Assembly (NCBI GenBank): GCA_963833225.1
Contig: CAWHXD010000006.1
Coordinates: 64,001 to 128,000, forward strand
DNA: 64,000 nt
Reading direction: 5' to 3'
Source of the DNA: an uncultured Chloroflexia bacterium
Lineage (GTDB): Bacteria > Chloroflexota > Limnocylindria > Limnocylindrales > CSP1-4
The notes beneath the pieces are model-generated. The model ran no database searches. It was not told where the DNA came from and saw only the letters and a list, made by a program, of their open reading frames with translations. Positions 30,364 through 40,271 of the stretch are shown here, piece after piece. Numbering within the stretch: position 1 is the stretch's first letter; the number at the start of each line of letters is the position of its first letter. Position numbers and translations under genes: made by a program.

Positions 30364-31728
30364 CTAGTCGGAGTAGATCAGCTCCCGGACCGCCGAGACC
30401 TCGCGGCGCATCTCGTCGTTGACCTGCATCTCGCGGTTGATCTTGTCGCAGGCGTGCAGCACGGTCGAATGGTCCCGGCCACCGAGCTCAGCACCGATCC
30501 GCAGCAGCGAGACGTCTGTCTCCTCGCGCATCAGGAACATCGCGATCTGGCGGGGCACCACGATGCTCCGCTCACGCTTCTGTCCCCGCAGCGCGTCCAT
30601 GCCCACCCCGTAGTACTCGGAGACCGCGATCGCGATCCGCTCCGGCGTGACCTGGCGCTTCTTGGGGTTGTAGAGGACGTTCGAGAGGACGGCCTGGGCC
30701 AGCTCGATGGAGATGGGCATCGCGCCCATCGAGGAGTAGGCGACGATCCGGTTGAGCGCACCCTCGAGCTCGCGGATGTTGCTCACGACCTTGCGGGCGA
30801 TGAACTCCATCACGTCGCTCGTGATCGGCGTGCCCTGCTCCTCGGCCTTGGCGCGCAGGATGGCGATCCGGGTCTCGAGGTCGGGCGCGGTGAGGTCCGC
30901 GATGAGGCCCCACTCGAACCGCGACCGGAGCCGCTCTTCGAGGGTCAGGATCGCCTTGGGCGGCCGGTCTGAGCTCAGCACGATCTGCTTGCCGTCCTCG
31001 TGGATGGCGTTGAACGTGTGGAAGAACTCCTCCTGCGTCCGCTCCTTGTCCGCGATGAACTGGATGTCATCGATCAGCAGCAGGTCGATCCGGCGGTAGC
31101 GGGCCCGGAAGTCGTCGATCTTGCCCTGCTGGATGCTGGTGATGAACTCGTTGGTGAACTTCTCGCTGGTGGCGTAGGCCACGCGCTTGCGCGGGAACTT
31201 GGCGACGACCGCGTTGCCGATGGCGTGCATCAGGTGGGTCTTGCCCAGCCCCACGCCCCCGTACAGGAACAGCGGGTTGTACGCATGGCCGGGCCGCTCG
31301 GCAACGGATAGCGATGCCGCGTGGGCGAGCCGGTTGGCCGACCCCACGATGAAGTTGGAGAACGTGTACCGCGCGTTGAGGTTGGTCGCGCCAGCCGCGG
31401 ATCCCTCCGGGGCGCCGACCCGAGTGGGCTCCACCCGGACCGGCTGGGCGGCGACGGTGGCCGCCGGCGCCTGCACCTCGCCTGCGGCAGCCACCACGAA
31501 CTCGACCTGCACGCTGTAGCCGACGACCCTGGCCAGCGTCTGGGAGATGAGCGACCGGTAGCGCGTCTCGAGCCAGTCCTTGGCGAACCCGTTCGGCACG
31601 GCGATCCGGAACCGCTGGTCGTCGACGTCCACCAGGTGGGTATCCCGAAGCCACGTTTCGAAGTTGGCTGGCGACAGGGACACCTGCAACTCACCAAGGG
31701 CGGCGCGCCAGACCTGCTTCGCGTCCAT
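30364..31728 (-). CDS. dnaA: Chromosomal replication initiator DnaA
   Basis: YNPLFLYGGVGLGKTHL, LLIDDIQF, RLRSRFEWGL, NIRELEGAL, GGRDHSTV; ATG at 31728. Confidence 0.98.
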   Translation of the reverse strand: MDAKQVWRAALGELQVSLSPANFETWLRDTHLVDVDDQRFRIAVPNGFAKDWLETRYRSLISQTLARVVGYSVQVEFVVAAAGEVQAPAATVAAQPVRVEPTRVGAPEGSAAGATNLNARYTFSNFIVGSANRLAHAASLSVAERPGHAYNPLFLYGGVGLGKTHLMHAIGNAVVAKFPRKRVAYATSEKFTNEFITSIQQGKIDDFRARYRRIDLLLIDDIQFIADKERTQEEFFHTFNAIHEDGKQIVLSSDRPPKAILTLEERLRSRFEWGLIADLTAPDLETRIAILRAKAEEQGTPITSDVMEFIARKVVSNIRELEGALNRIVAYSSMGAMPISIELAQAVLSNVLYNPKKRQVTPERIAIAVSEYYGVGMDALRGQKRERSIVVPRQIAMFLMREETDVSLLRIGAELGGRDHSTVLHACDKINREMQVNDEMRREVSAVRELIYSD

Positions 31729-31935
31729 TCGGTCGATCGTGTTCCTGATGGCGGGGGCTGCTGATGGGTAACGCTGACCAGCGACGAGACCAGACTGGGT
31801 GCGCCGTGACGGGTCCCGGGGCACCGACCCGCAACCGTTGCGGGACCCCCGAAGGGGGCCTCCCACGGCGTCCCGGCACCTCAAGGCTCGGGAACAATAC
31901 ACCGCTGCAAGGAGGGGTCGCAAGGCGATTCGCGC

Positions 31936-31952
31936 ATACCCCCATGGGGTAT
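31936..31952. promoter_or_regulatory. Palindrome ATACCCC-N3-GGGGTAT (CsoR/RcnR-like operator shape) in the dnaA-rpmH divergent region
   Basis: Perfect 7-bp arms; next to a putative dnaA promoter (TTGCGA 31918-31923, TATTGT 31894-31899, minus strand). Confidence 0.45.
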
Positions 31953-32098
31953 CGTGCAAGAGCCCGGACGTGATGGCCGAGGGCGGGCCGGATGGCCTTT
32001 CGATCGGCACCGGCCCCCCCTTTGCGGACTGGACGGTCGCGACCGCCAGCGCCCAATCGTTGCGGCGGCCGGAACGCGAACCTGGGCGGGCGCGGCGT

Positions 32099-32127
32099 TT
32101 GACGAGACCTCCTCCCGGCCATATCAT
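32099..32127 (+). promoter_or_regulatory. Sigma70-type promoter of the rpmH operon
   Basis: TTGACG, 17 bp, TATCAT. Confidence 0.75.
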
Positions 32128-32241
32128 CCCGCCCGACGAACACGCGCCGCCGCGCTTTCTGGCGCTCGGCGCGTTTGCGTGCCTCCAGGGGTCGGAGCTT
32201 CCGGGTCCCAAGGCTGATGGAGAGGATCACGGACAGTCCCG

Positions 32242-32379
32242 ATGGGCAAGCCGACATTCCAGCCCAAGAAGCGCCACCGCGCGAAGGAGCACGGGTTTCG
32301 CGCCCGCATGAAGACGGCGGGCGGACGGCGTGTGCTCGCAAGCCGGCGCGCCAAGGGCCGGAAGGTGCTCTCGGCCTGA
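32242..32379 (+). CDS. rpmH: 50S ribosomal protein L34 (45 aa; absent from the ORF track)
   Basis: Manual translation [45 protein letters not shown]; divergent from dnaA. Confidence 0.97.
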   Translation: MGKPTFQPKKRHRAKEHGFRARMKTAGGRRVLASRRAKGRKVLSA

Positions 32380-32414
32380 CCGACGGGCGCAGTCACAACC
32401 CGCTGCGACTCGTC

Positions 32415-32750
32415 ATGCTCTCCCGCCCGGGTGATTTCGCCCGGCTGGCGGAGGGAGGCGTCGCCAGGACGCACCCCCTGCTCGTCGGACGCTTCGTCCG
32501 GACGAACCTTGACCAGACCCGGTTCGGGCTCGCAACCGGCAAACGGCTCGGAGGAGCCGTGATCCGGAACCGGGTCCGGCGCCGAATCAGGGAGGTGCTC
32601 AGGGTGATGGCGCCCTCGTTCCAGCCCGGCTGGGACGTCCTCATCATCGCCCGGCCCGCGATCGTCGAGGCCGACCAGGACGCACTGGTCGGAGCATTAC
32701 GCCGGGTCCTCCGCTCGGGAGGCGTGCTCGGAGGTCTGACAGGTTCGTGA
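32415..32750 (+). CDS. rnpA: Ribonuclease P protein component
   Basis: [25 protein letters not shown] (RNR motif); start ATG 32415, or CTG 32376 overlapping the rpmH stop. Confidence 0.92.
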   Translation: MLSRPGDFARLAEGGVARTHPLLVGRFVRTNLDQTRFGLATGKRLGGAVIRNRVRRRIREVLRVMAPSFQPGWDVLIIARPAIVEADQDALVGALRRVLRSGGVLGGLTGS

Positions 32751-32965
32751 GACGGCTGGGAGTCACGGTCGGGGTGGCATTGATCCACCTGTATCGGGCC
32801 GTGTTCGCGTGGCTGCCGTCGAGCTGCCGGTTTGAACCTTCGTGTTCGCGCTACGCCGAGCAGGCGATCCAGAAATACGGGCTGCTGCGAGGTTCCTGGA
32901 TGGGCGCCAAGCGCATCGGCCGCTGCCATCCCTGGAATCCGGGCGGCTATGATCCCGTCCCCTAA
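32747..32965 (+). CDS. yidD: Membrane protein insertion efficiency factor YidD
   Basis: [10 protein letters not shown]...[17 protein letters not shown]. Confidence 0.95.
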   Translation: MRRLGVTVGVALIHLYRAVFAWLPSSCRFEPSCSRYAEQAIQKYGLLRGSWMGAKRIGRCHPWNPGGYDPVP

Positions 32966-32981
32966 CGGATAGAAGAACCGC

Positions 32982-34184
32982 GTGACCCGCCTCGCACAGC
33001 TCCTCACCCGGCTGGCGCCGCTCCTGCTCCTGCTGGCCGTCGCGGTCATCGTGAGCGCCTGCGCCGCCGGGACGAACCCCGGGGCGTCCGGCGGTGCGTC
33101 ACCCAGCTTCTCGCAGGCGCCGCTCGCCCCGGCGCAGCTGAAGGCCAGCCCCTTTGATCTGCTCGCCTGGCTGTTCACGCCGATCTTCCAGACGCTGTTC
33201 ATCGCCCTGGTCCTGCTCGACAAGCTCACCTATCTGGTGTGGCCCGAGACCGGCAACATCGTGCTGGCGATCATCCTGCTCACCGTGGTTCTCAAGGTCC
33301 TGACCACCCCGATCACGAGGAAGCAGCTCATCTCCTCCCGGCAGACCCAGCTGCTGCAGCCGGAGATCAAGGAGATCCAGCGCAAATTCAAGGGTGACCG
33401 GGTCAAGGCGAACGAGGCGACCCAGCAGTTCTACAAGCAGCGCGGCATCAATCCGGCGGGAGGCTGCCTGCCCACCGTGCTCACCATGGGTCTCCTGATC
33501 CCGATGTACTCGGTGTTCAGCTCGGGCCTCACCAACCATGACATCCGCCCCATGCTCCACATCTTTGGCTTCGACCTCGCGTCGGTGCTCAACATCACCT
33601 GTGATGCGACACCCGTGTTCGATGCGGCGGGCCACGTCACCAACCCGTGCCTCAACCCATTCTTCCTCGGCATCGACTGGGGTCTGCCGGAGCCCGTCAC
33701 CACGGGCCTCGCGATCGCGGGATTCGGGATCAGCATCCTCGCGATCATGTCCTCGCTGGTGCAGCTCGTGGCCAGCCGCCAGATGCTGGCCCCGGTGGAC
33801 CCGCGGCTGGCCGATGACTCCAACGTCAAGGTGCAGCGCCAGATGGCCTACTTCCTGCCGCTGATCTCCATCCTCTATGGCGGCTTCCTGCCGGCCGGCC
33901 TGTTCCTCTACTGGATCGTGTCCTCGATCTTCCAGGTCGGCCAGCAGTTCCTGGTGTTGGGCTTCGGCGGTGCCTTCCCATTGTTCGGCTGGCACCCGGA
34001 GTTCGCGCGGAACCACACGCCGCGCTACCACGTGACGCTGCCGCAACCCAAGCCCATCGAACCCGGCAGCAAGAACAGCGCGGCGGACCGCGCACGAGCC
34101 CTCGACCGAGACCTTTCGGCCAAATCGACGATCAGGCCCAGGCCCAACCGACAGCGGAGCGGCCGACGCGGGAGGCGACGCTAG
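32982..34184 (+). CDS. yidC: Membrane protein insertase YidC/SpoIIIJ
   Basis: Lipobox-like IVSAC, LQPEIKEIQRKFKGD, INPAGGCLP, PAGLFLYWIVS; conserved synteny. Confidence 0.93.
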   Translation: MTRLAQLLTRLAPLLLLLAVAVIVSACAAGTNPGASGGASPSFSQAPLAPAQLKASPFDLLAWLFTPIFQTLFIALVLLDKLTYLVWPETGNIVLAIILLTVVLKVLTTPITRKQLISSRQTQLLQPEIKEIQRKFKGDRVKANEATQQFYKQRGINPAGGCLPTVLTMGLLIPMYSVFSSGLTNHDIRPMLHIFGFDLASVLNITCDATPVFDAAGHVTNPCLNPFFLGIDWGLPEPVTTGLAIAGFGISILAIMSSLVQLVASRQMLAPVDPRLADDSNVKVQRQMAYFLPLISILYGGFLPAGLFLYWIVSSIFQVGQQFLVLGFGGAFPLFGWHPEFARNHTPRYHVTLPQPKPIEPGSKNSAADRARALDRDLSAKSTIRPRPNRQRSGRRGRRR

Positions 34185-34186
34185 TC

Positions 34187-35278
34187 ATGAGCGAGTACCA
34201 GGAATTCACCGGCAAGTCCGTCGAGGAGGCCATCAAGGCGGCCTGCGACCAGTTCGGGGTCGGCCTCGCAGACCTCGACTTCGAGATCCTGACGCCGGGC
34301 AGCCGCGGGGTGCTGGGTATGGGCGCCGAGCCCGCCCGCATCGTCGCCGCGCCTCGAAGCGCCCTTGGGGGTGCGGCACCGAAGCGCGAGGCGGCCGAGT
34401 CCAAGCCCCTGCCCACGCCGCCGCCCCGCGAAGATCGCGGTCCGCGCCGCGACTTCGGTGACCGCGATCGTGACCGCGGTCCGCGCCGCGACTTCGGCGA
34501 CCGACCCGCAGGCGACCGACCCGCAGGCGACCGACCCCCCCGCCGCGACGACCGTGGTCCGCGGAGTGATGACCGGCCTCCCCGCCGCGACGTCAGCGAC
34601 CGACCCGCAGGCGACCGGCCCCCCCGACGCGACGACCGGCCCCCCCGCCGCGATGACCGTGGCCCGCGGAGCGATGACCGTGGCCCGCGGAGCGATGACC
34701 GGCCGGGCCGTGGAGGCTCCGAGCTCACCGCGGCGGAAGTCGCCGCCGTGACCACGGCCCGTGGCTCGCTGGCCATGGAACGCGCCGAGCTCGAGGCCGC
34801 CGAGGCGACGCCTGAGGCACTCGCCGCCGGCAAGGAGATCCTCGAGACGGTCATGGGCCACCTTGGGTTCGATGGCGTGACCGTCGAGATCCGGGAGGGT
34901 GAGACGAGCCGGCTCAACGTCGTGGGCGACGGACCGGACCGCGAGGCCCTAGGCGCGCTGATCGGCCGCAAGGGCGAGCGCCTGTCGGCCCTGCAGCACC
35001 TCGTCAACCTGATGCTGTCGCGGCGGACCGGCCAATGGACCCGCGTCCTGGTGGACGTCGAGGACTACCGGGGCCGGCGCGAGCGCCAGCTCATCGACCT
35101 GGCCGCGCGTGCGGCGGAGCGGGTCGTCGAGACCGGCAAGATGCTCCAGTTGGAGCCGATGCCGGCCCTCGAGCGGCGCTGGATCCACCTCGCGCTGCGG
35201 GATAACGCGGGGGTCTCCACGCAGTCGATCGGCGAGGAGCCGAACCGGCGGGTCGTCGTCCTGCCCCGCAACCCGTAA
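34187..35278 (+). CDS. jag: RNA-binding protein Jag/EloR/KhpB
   Basis: Jag_N GKSVEEAI, KH domain LIGRKGERLSALQ, R3H domain ERRWIH; long R/D/G/P-rich linker. Confidence 0.93.
   Translation: MSEYQEFTGKSVEEAIKAACDQFGVGLADLDFEILTPGSRGVLGMGAEPARIVAAPRSALGGAAPKREAAESKPLPTPPPREDRGPRRDFGDRDRDRGPRRDFGDRPAGDRPAGDRPPRRDDRGPRSDDRPPRRDVSDRPAGDRPPRRDDRPPRRDDRGPRSDDRGPRSDDRPGRGGSELTAAEVAAVTTARGSLAMERAELEAAEATPEALAAGKEILETVMGHLGFDGVTVEIREGETSRLNVVGDGPDREALGALIGRKGERLSALQHLVNLMLSRRTGQWTRVLVDVEDYRGRRERQLIDLAARAAERVVETGKMLQLEPMPALERRWIHLALRDNAGVSTQSIGEEPNRRVVVLPRNP
34430..34705 (+). repeat. Coding low-complexity tandem repeats (RDDRGPR / GDRPA)
   Basis: Repeated units such as GCGACCGACCCGCAG and GATGACCGTGGCCCGCGGAGC in the jag linker. 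Confidence 0.8.
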
Positions 35279-35382
35279 GCGGGCCTGAACGCCGCGGAGC
35301 CGCCGCGCCGAAGCGTGCCAAGGGGCTCGTTCAGGGCGCTCCCGCGACGATCCGCGTCCGCGCTGAACCTGAGATTGGCCCC

Positions 35383-37272
35383 ATGACCCTCGAACCCACC
35401 CCGGCGTCCCCCGCGCGCAGCGGCCGTTCGCTCCGCGTGAAGTTCGCTATGGCGTTCCTGCTGGGCGTCGCGATCGTCGTCGGCTCCGGCGGCGCCGGCC
35501 TTTACGTGTACGGGCAGCAGTACACCGGCAAGGTGCTGCCGGGCGTGCATGTCGGCAGCGCGGACCTCTCGGGCCTGACGCCGGAGGCGGCGCGGGCATC
35601 CATCGCCGATGCCTATGGGTCGCTTGGCGCGGGCGTCATCACGCTCGTCGGCCCCACAGGCGACCTGACCATTGGCTATGGCGAGATCGGGCGGCGTCCC
35701 GATACCGCGACCATGCTGGACGCTGCCCTCGGGGCGGGCCGACGCGGCGAGCCTGTGGCGGACTTGCTCAGTGCTCCCCAGATGGCGCTCCGCGGCGTGA
35801 GCATCGAAGCCGCGGTCATCTACGACCCCGGCAAGCTCGAGGCGGCCGTGGCCGCCGCCGCCGCAACGGTCGACCGTGGTGCCGTGGACGCGACGATCTC
35901 GATCGCCGATGACGGACGCTACGTCACCACCGAATCGATCCGGGGCCGCGTCGTCGATCGCCAGGCGCTGCTGGCTGCCCTGGACACGCAGCTGTCGAGG
36001 CTCGACGCGCCGGCCGAGATCCGGATGGACATCCCGTTCACGGCCAGCGCTCCAACCATCGAGACGGCTGATGTGGTCAATGCGGCCGCCGCCGCCGAGC
36101 GGATGGGGGCGGACCTCATCCTGGCTCGCGGCAGGGACAGCTGGACGATCCCGGGCAGGAAGCTGCGTCCCCTGATCACCTTCGCCACGACCGCCGACGG
36201 GAGCGTCGTTCCGGTGGTTGACGAAGCGGGCCTCGAACCGCTCCTCAAGCCCATCGCGAAGGCCGTCAACCAGCCCGCCGCAAACGCCGGGTTCCGCCTC
36301 AAGAGCAGCCACATCGTGGTTGGCAGCGCGGCCAGGGAGGGCCGCGAGCTCGACACCGATGCCACCCATGCGGTCGTGCTCCAGGCGCTCATGGCGCGCC
36401 AGGCCGGCGCCCCCGGCAGCTCGATCGAGCCGGTCGTCATCGCCAGCGACCCGGCCGTGACGGACGAGATCGCGGCCAGGATCGCGCCCCAGATGAAAGC
36501 GCTCAAGAAGGGGACCTGGACCACGTGGTTCCACATCTACGAGGGCAACGGCTTCGGCGCCAACATCTGGATCCCAGCCAGGCTCATCAACGGTTACGTC
36601 GTGGGCCCGGGCGAGACCTTCGACTTCTGGGACGCCGTGGGTTCGGTCACGCGGGAGAAGGGCTACAGGGACGGCGGGGCCATCATCGATGGCAAGACCG
36701 AGCCCCAGGGGGCGCTCGCGGGCGGCATCTGCTCCTGCTCCACGACGCTGTTCAACGCGGCGCTCCGGGCCGGCTACGAGATGGGCGCCAGGCGCAACCA
36801 CTACTACTCCATCGATCGCTATCCGGTCGGGCTTGATGCCACCGTGTTCATCTCCGGCGGGGGGTCCAAGCAGACCATGAGCTGGACCAATGACACCCAG
36901 TACCCGGTTCTCATCCGCGGCATCAACACCCGAAAGGGCAGCATCGGCTACGTGACCTTCCAGCTCTACAGCGTGCCGACCAAGCGAGTGGTGAAGATCA
37001 GCAGCCCGATCATCAAGAACCGGCACGCGGCACGCGATGTCGTCCAGTACACCTCGAGCCTCAAGCCGGGCCAGACGCAGCGCGTCGAGTACCCGGTCGG
37101 TGGCTTCGACGTGTGGCGCACCGTGAGCGTGTACGAGAACGGGAAGCTGATCCGTCGCAAGACCTACTTCTCGCACTACGCGACCGTCAACGGGCTCCTG
37201 CTCAAGGGCAAGGCCACCACGCCTCCCGCTCCCGATCCAACGCCAACGCCAACGCCAACGCCCGCTCCCTGA
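35383..37272 (+). CDS. VanW-family protein (N-terminal TM, PG-binding repeats, VanW, G5-like domain)
   Basis: VVGPGETFDFW, LAGGICSCSTTLFNAAL, RRNHYY, YPVGLDATV; C-terminal PT repeat (CCAACG x4). Confidence 0.85.
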   Translation: MTLEPTPASPARSGRSLRVKFAMAFLLGVAIVVGSGGAGLYVYGQQYTGKVLPGVHVGSADLSGLTPEAARASIADAYGSLGAGVITLVGPTGDLTIGYGEIGRRPDTATMLDAALGAGRRGEPVADLLSAPQMALRGVSIEAAVIYDPGKLEAAVAAAAATVDRGAVDATISIADDGRYVTTESIRGRVVDRQALLAALDTQLSRLDAPAEIRMDIPFTASAPTIETADVVNAAAAAERMGADLILARGRDSWTIPGRKLRPLITFATTADGSVVPVVDEAGLEPLLKPIAKAVNQPAANAGFRLKSSHIVVGSAAREGRELDTDATHAVVLQALMARQAGAPGSSIEPVVIASDPAVTDEIAARIAPQMKALKKGTWTTWFHIYEGNGFGANIWIPARLINGYVVGPGETFDFWDAVGSVTREKGYRDGGAIIDGKTEPQGALAGGICSCSTTLFNAALRAGYEMGARRNHYYSIDRYPVGLDATVFISGGGSKQTMSWTNDTQYPVLIRGINTRKGSIGYVTFQLYSVPTKRVVKISSPIIKNRHAARDVVQYTSSLKPGQTQRVEYPVGGFDVWRTVSVYENGKLIRRKTYFSHYATVNGLLLKGKATTPPAPDPTPTPTPTPAP

Positions 37273-37280
37273 GCCTTCGG

Positions 37281-38849
37281 GTGGTGGCAGCCGGGGCCGG
37301 ATCGCCGGGGTGGCAGCTGGGTACGATCTACCAGGTCTATCCCCGCTCGTTCGCTGATGGCGATGGCGACGGGATCGGCGACCTTCCCGGCCTGATGAGC
37401 CGCCTGGACCACCTCGCGCGGCTCGGCGTCGACGCGATCTGGCTGTCCCCGATCTTCCGCTCGCCGATGCGCGACTTCGGCTACGACGTCGCCGACTACC
37501 GTGACGTCGACCCCGTGTTCGGGACCCTCGCGGACGCCGACCGGCTGATCGACGAGGCGCACGCTCGCGGCATCAGGGTCGTGCTCGACTTTGTCGCCAA
37601 CCACACGTCGGCCCTCCACCCGTGGTTCCTCGACGCCCGGCTGTCGCGAGACGCACTCCACCGTGACTGGTACGTCTGGCGTGACCCGGCGCCCGATGGT
37701 GGCCCGCCCAACGATCTCGTCGCCCACTTCGGCGGATCCGCGTGGACCTTCGATCAGGTGACCGGCCAGTACTGGTACCACTCGTTCCTGCCCGAGCAGC
37801 CCGACCTCGACTGGCGCAACCCCGCGGTTCGAGCCGCGATGCTCGACACGCTCCACTTCTGGTTCCGGCGCGGCGTGGACGGGTTCCGGATCGACGTCGT
37901 GTGGATGATTGCCAAGGACGGCGCCCCATGGCAGGACGGGCGGATCGCCGCAACGCCCAGCGGCCTCGGAGGCGACCCGCGTGACGCGCTCGAGCACGGC
38001 GATGGCCCGGACATCGAGGAGTGCCTGCGGGAGCTTCGGGCCGTCGCGGAGGAATACCCGGGCCGCGTCCTGATCGGCGAGCTCTACATGGAGCCGGCAC
38101 GCGCGACCCGCTACTACGGCCGCGATGGGGACGGCCTGCAGCTCCCGCTCAACACGACCCTGATCACGACACCCTGGACTGCCCAGGCCGTGCGCCGGGC
38201 AATCGCGGCGTGCGAAGCCGCCATGCCCCCCTGTGCCTGGCCCACCTGGGTGATCGGCAACCACGACCAGAGCCGCGTTGCGACGCGTCTTGGCCCGGCC
38301 CAGGCGCGGGTTGCGGCGATGCTGCTGCTCACCCTGCGCGGCACGCCCTTCCTGTACAACGGGGATGAGCTGGGACTCCCGGATGTGCCCGTCGCGCCGT
38401 CGCAAGTGGTGGACCCGGACGGGCGCGACCCGCAGCGCTCACCGATGCCGTGGACGGCCGGGCGCCATGCCGGGTTCACCACCGGCGAGCCGTGGCTCCC
38501 GATGGTGGGAAACCCCGAAACCTGGAGCGCCGCCGCACAGGAGGCGGATCCGCACTCCATGCTGGCCCTCCACCGGCGCCTCCTCGATCTGCGGCGAGCC
38601 GAGCCCGCGCTGAGCCTCGGCTCATGGGCTGACGTCGAGGCGCCCGCCGGGGTGCTCGCCTACGACCGGGCGGCAGACGGGTCCACGTTCCGGATCCTGC
38701 TGAACCTCGGGCCAGGCGCCGTTGACGTGCCGCTCGCGGGAGCCTGGCGCGTCGTGGTCTCGACCGGTCGCGACCGGGAGGACGGGGACCCGGCCGACGG
38801 TCCCGTGCGGCTCATGGGCGACGAGGGCGTAGTGCTTCGCCGCGGTTGA
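37281..38849 (+). CDS. GH13 alpha-glucosidase
   Basis: YQVYPRSFADGDGDGIGD, DFVANHTS, GVDGFRID, IGE, GNHD; start approximate. Confidence 0.92.
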   Translation: MVAAGAGSPGWQLGTIYQVYPRSFADGDGDGIGDLPGLMSRLDHLARLGVDAIWLSPIFRSPMRDFGYDVADYRDVDPVFGTLADADRLIDEAHARGIRVVLDFVANHTSALHPWFLDARLSRDALHRDWYVWRDPAPDGGPPNDLVAHFGGSAWTFDQVTGQYWYHSFLPEQPDLDWRNPAVRAAMLDTLHFWFRRGVDGFRIDVVWMIAKDGAPWQDGRIAATPSGLGGDPRDALEHGDGPDIEECLRELRAVAEEYPGRVLIGELYMEPARATRYYGRDGDGLQLPLNTTLITTPWTAQAVRRAIAACEAAMPPCAWPTWVIGNHDQSRVATRLGPAQARVAAMLLLTLRGTPFLYNGDELGLPDVPVAPSQVVDPDGRDPQRSPMPWTAGRHAGFTTGEPWLPMVGNPETWSAAAQEADPHSMLALHRRLLDLRRAEPALSLGSWADVEAPAGVLAYDRAADGSTFRILLNLGPGAVDVPLAGAWRVVVSTGRDREDGDPADGPVRLMGDEGVVLRRG

Positions 38850-38883
38850 CACCCGGCTGGGGCGCGGGCGACACTCCGTCGCC

Positions 38884-39516
38884 GTGACCCTCGACCTGTA
38901 CCTCCGCGGCCTGGTGATCGGCGTGGCCGTGGCGTTTGCCCTCGGGCCCATCGGCCTGCTCGTGATCCGCCGCACGGTGGACCGGGGCTGGACGTACGGG
39001 CTTCTCTCAGGCCTCGGCGTGGCGACCACTGACGCGCTGTATGCGGCGATCGCCGCGTTCGGCCTGACGGCGGTCGGCAGCGTGCTGGTCGGCATCGATC
39101 GCCCGCTGGGCATCGGCGGCGGCGCGGTCCTCGTGGTTCTCGCCGTCCGATCACTGCGCACCGCCCGCCGCGACCTGCCTGCCGCGACCCTCCGCTCGGA
39201 TCGCAGCCGGCTCGACCACCCGCTCGCTGCCTGGGGGTCGATGGTCGCCCTGACGGCCACCAATCCCGCGACCATCCTGTCGTTCACCGCGCTGTTCGCG
39301 AGCATCGGGGCGGGGACCGGGGGTCCGGCGGGCGCCGCGTCCGTGGTCCTGGGCGTGTTTACGGGATCGGCGGCCTGGTGGGCGGTCCTGACCGGTTCGA
39401 TCGGCCTCCTCCGCGCTCGCCTGACTCCCCGGCTGGTCCGCTGGCTGAACATCCTCTCGGCGGCGGTGATCGGCGGGTTCGGCGCAGTCGCGATCGCCCT
39501 CGGTGTCGCCGGCTGA
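38884..39516 (+). CDS. LysE-family translocator
   Basis: GPIGLLVIRRT, GLGVATTDA, TATNPATI. Confidence 0.88.
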   Translation: MTLDLYLRGLVIGVAVAFALGPIGLLVIRRTVDRGWTYGLLSGLGVATTDALYAAIAAFGLTAVGSVLVGIDRPLGIGGGAVLVVLAVRSLRTARRDLPAATLRSDRSRLDHPLAAWGSMVALTATNPATILSFTALFASIGAGTGGPAGAASVVLGVFTGSAAWWAVLTGSIGLLRARLTPRLVRWLNILSAAVIGGFGAVAIALGVAG

Positions 39517-39557
39517 GACCGCCGCACGGATCGAGCGACTCGCCTTACGATCGCCCA

Positions 39558-40271
39558 ATGCCCCCGAGAGGACGCCTTCCCGCTGCTGCCGTGTTCGACT
39601 GGGACGGCACGCTCGTCGATACGCTGGCCATGATCTATCGCGCAAACGTGGCGGCGATGGGCCATTTCGGGATCACGATGTCGCGCGAGTGGTTCCGGGT
39701 GCGGTACACGCCGGACTGGCGCCAGGGCTACCGGGAGCTCGGCGTCCCCGAGTCGCTGTGGACCGAGATGTCTGACCGCTGGGCGATGGAGATGGCACGG
39801 ATGCGACCACGAGCCATGCCCTGGGCGCGGGGCGCGCTGCGTGACCTGAAGGCGAGCGGGATCCGGCTGGGCCTGGTGACGGCCTCGACCCGCGCGGTCG
39901 TCGAGCCCAATCTCGAGCGGCTCAACCTGGCGGGCACGTTCGAGAGCGCGTGGTATGCGGACGATGTCGAGCACTCCAAGCCGCACCCCGAGGCCCTGCT
40001 CCGGGCGCTCGAGGAGCTGGCGGTCGAGGCGGCGGACACGGTCTACGTGGGCGACACGACGGTGGATCTCGAGATGGCCGTTCGCGCGGGTACCTCGTTC
40101 GCGGCCGTGGGCGTCACGACACTCGAGGCCGCGTTCCGCGAAGCCGGGGTCAAACGCGTGTGGCCCGGGGTTGGCGCGTGGGCCGACGATCTGCTGGGGC
40201 GACCGGCCCGGCGAAGAGGTCCGAGCGGCACGGCCGCGCCAGGGTCCCGATCGGTACGATCGGGGGCATGA
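39558..40271 (+). CDS. HAD-superfamily hydrolase
   Basis: FDWDGTLVD, LVTAS, KPHPE, YVGD; ATG preceded by TACGAT. Confidence 0.9.
   Translation: MPPRGRLPAAAVFDWDGTLVDTLAMIYRANVAAMGHFGITMSREWFRVRYTPDWRQGYRELGVPESLWTEMSDRWAMEMARMRPRAMPWARGALRDLKASGIRLGLVTASTRAVVEPNLERLNLAGTFESAWYADDVEHSKPHPEALLRALEELAVEAADTVYVGDTTVDLEMAVRAGTSFAAVGVTTLEAAFREAGVKRVWPGVGAWADDLLGRPARRRGPSGTAAPGSRSVRSGA

Noticed and set aside
37237-37262. CCAACG tandem repeat
   Set aside because: Encodes an ordinary Pro-Thr tail of the VanW protein.
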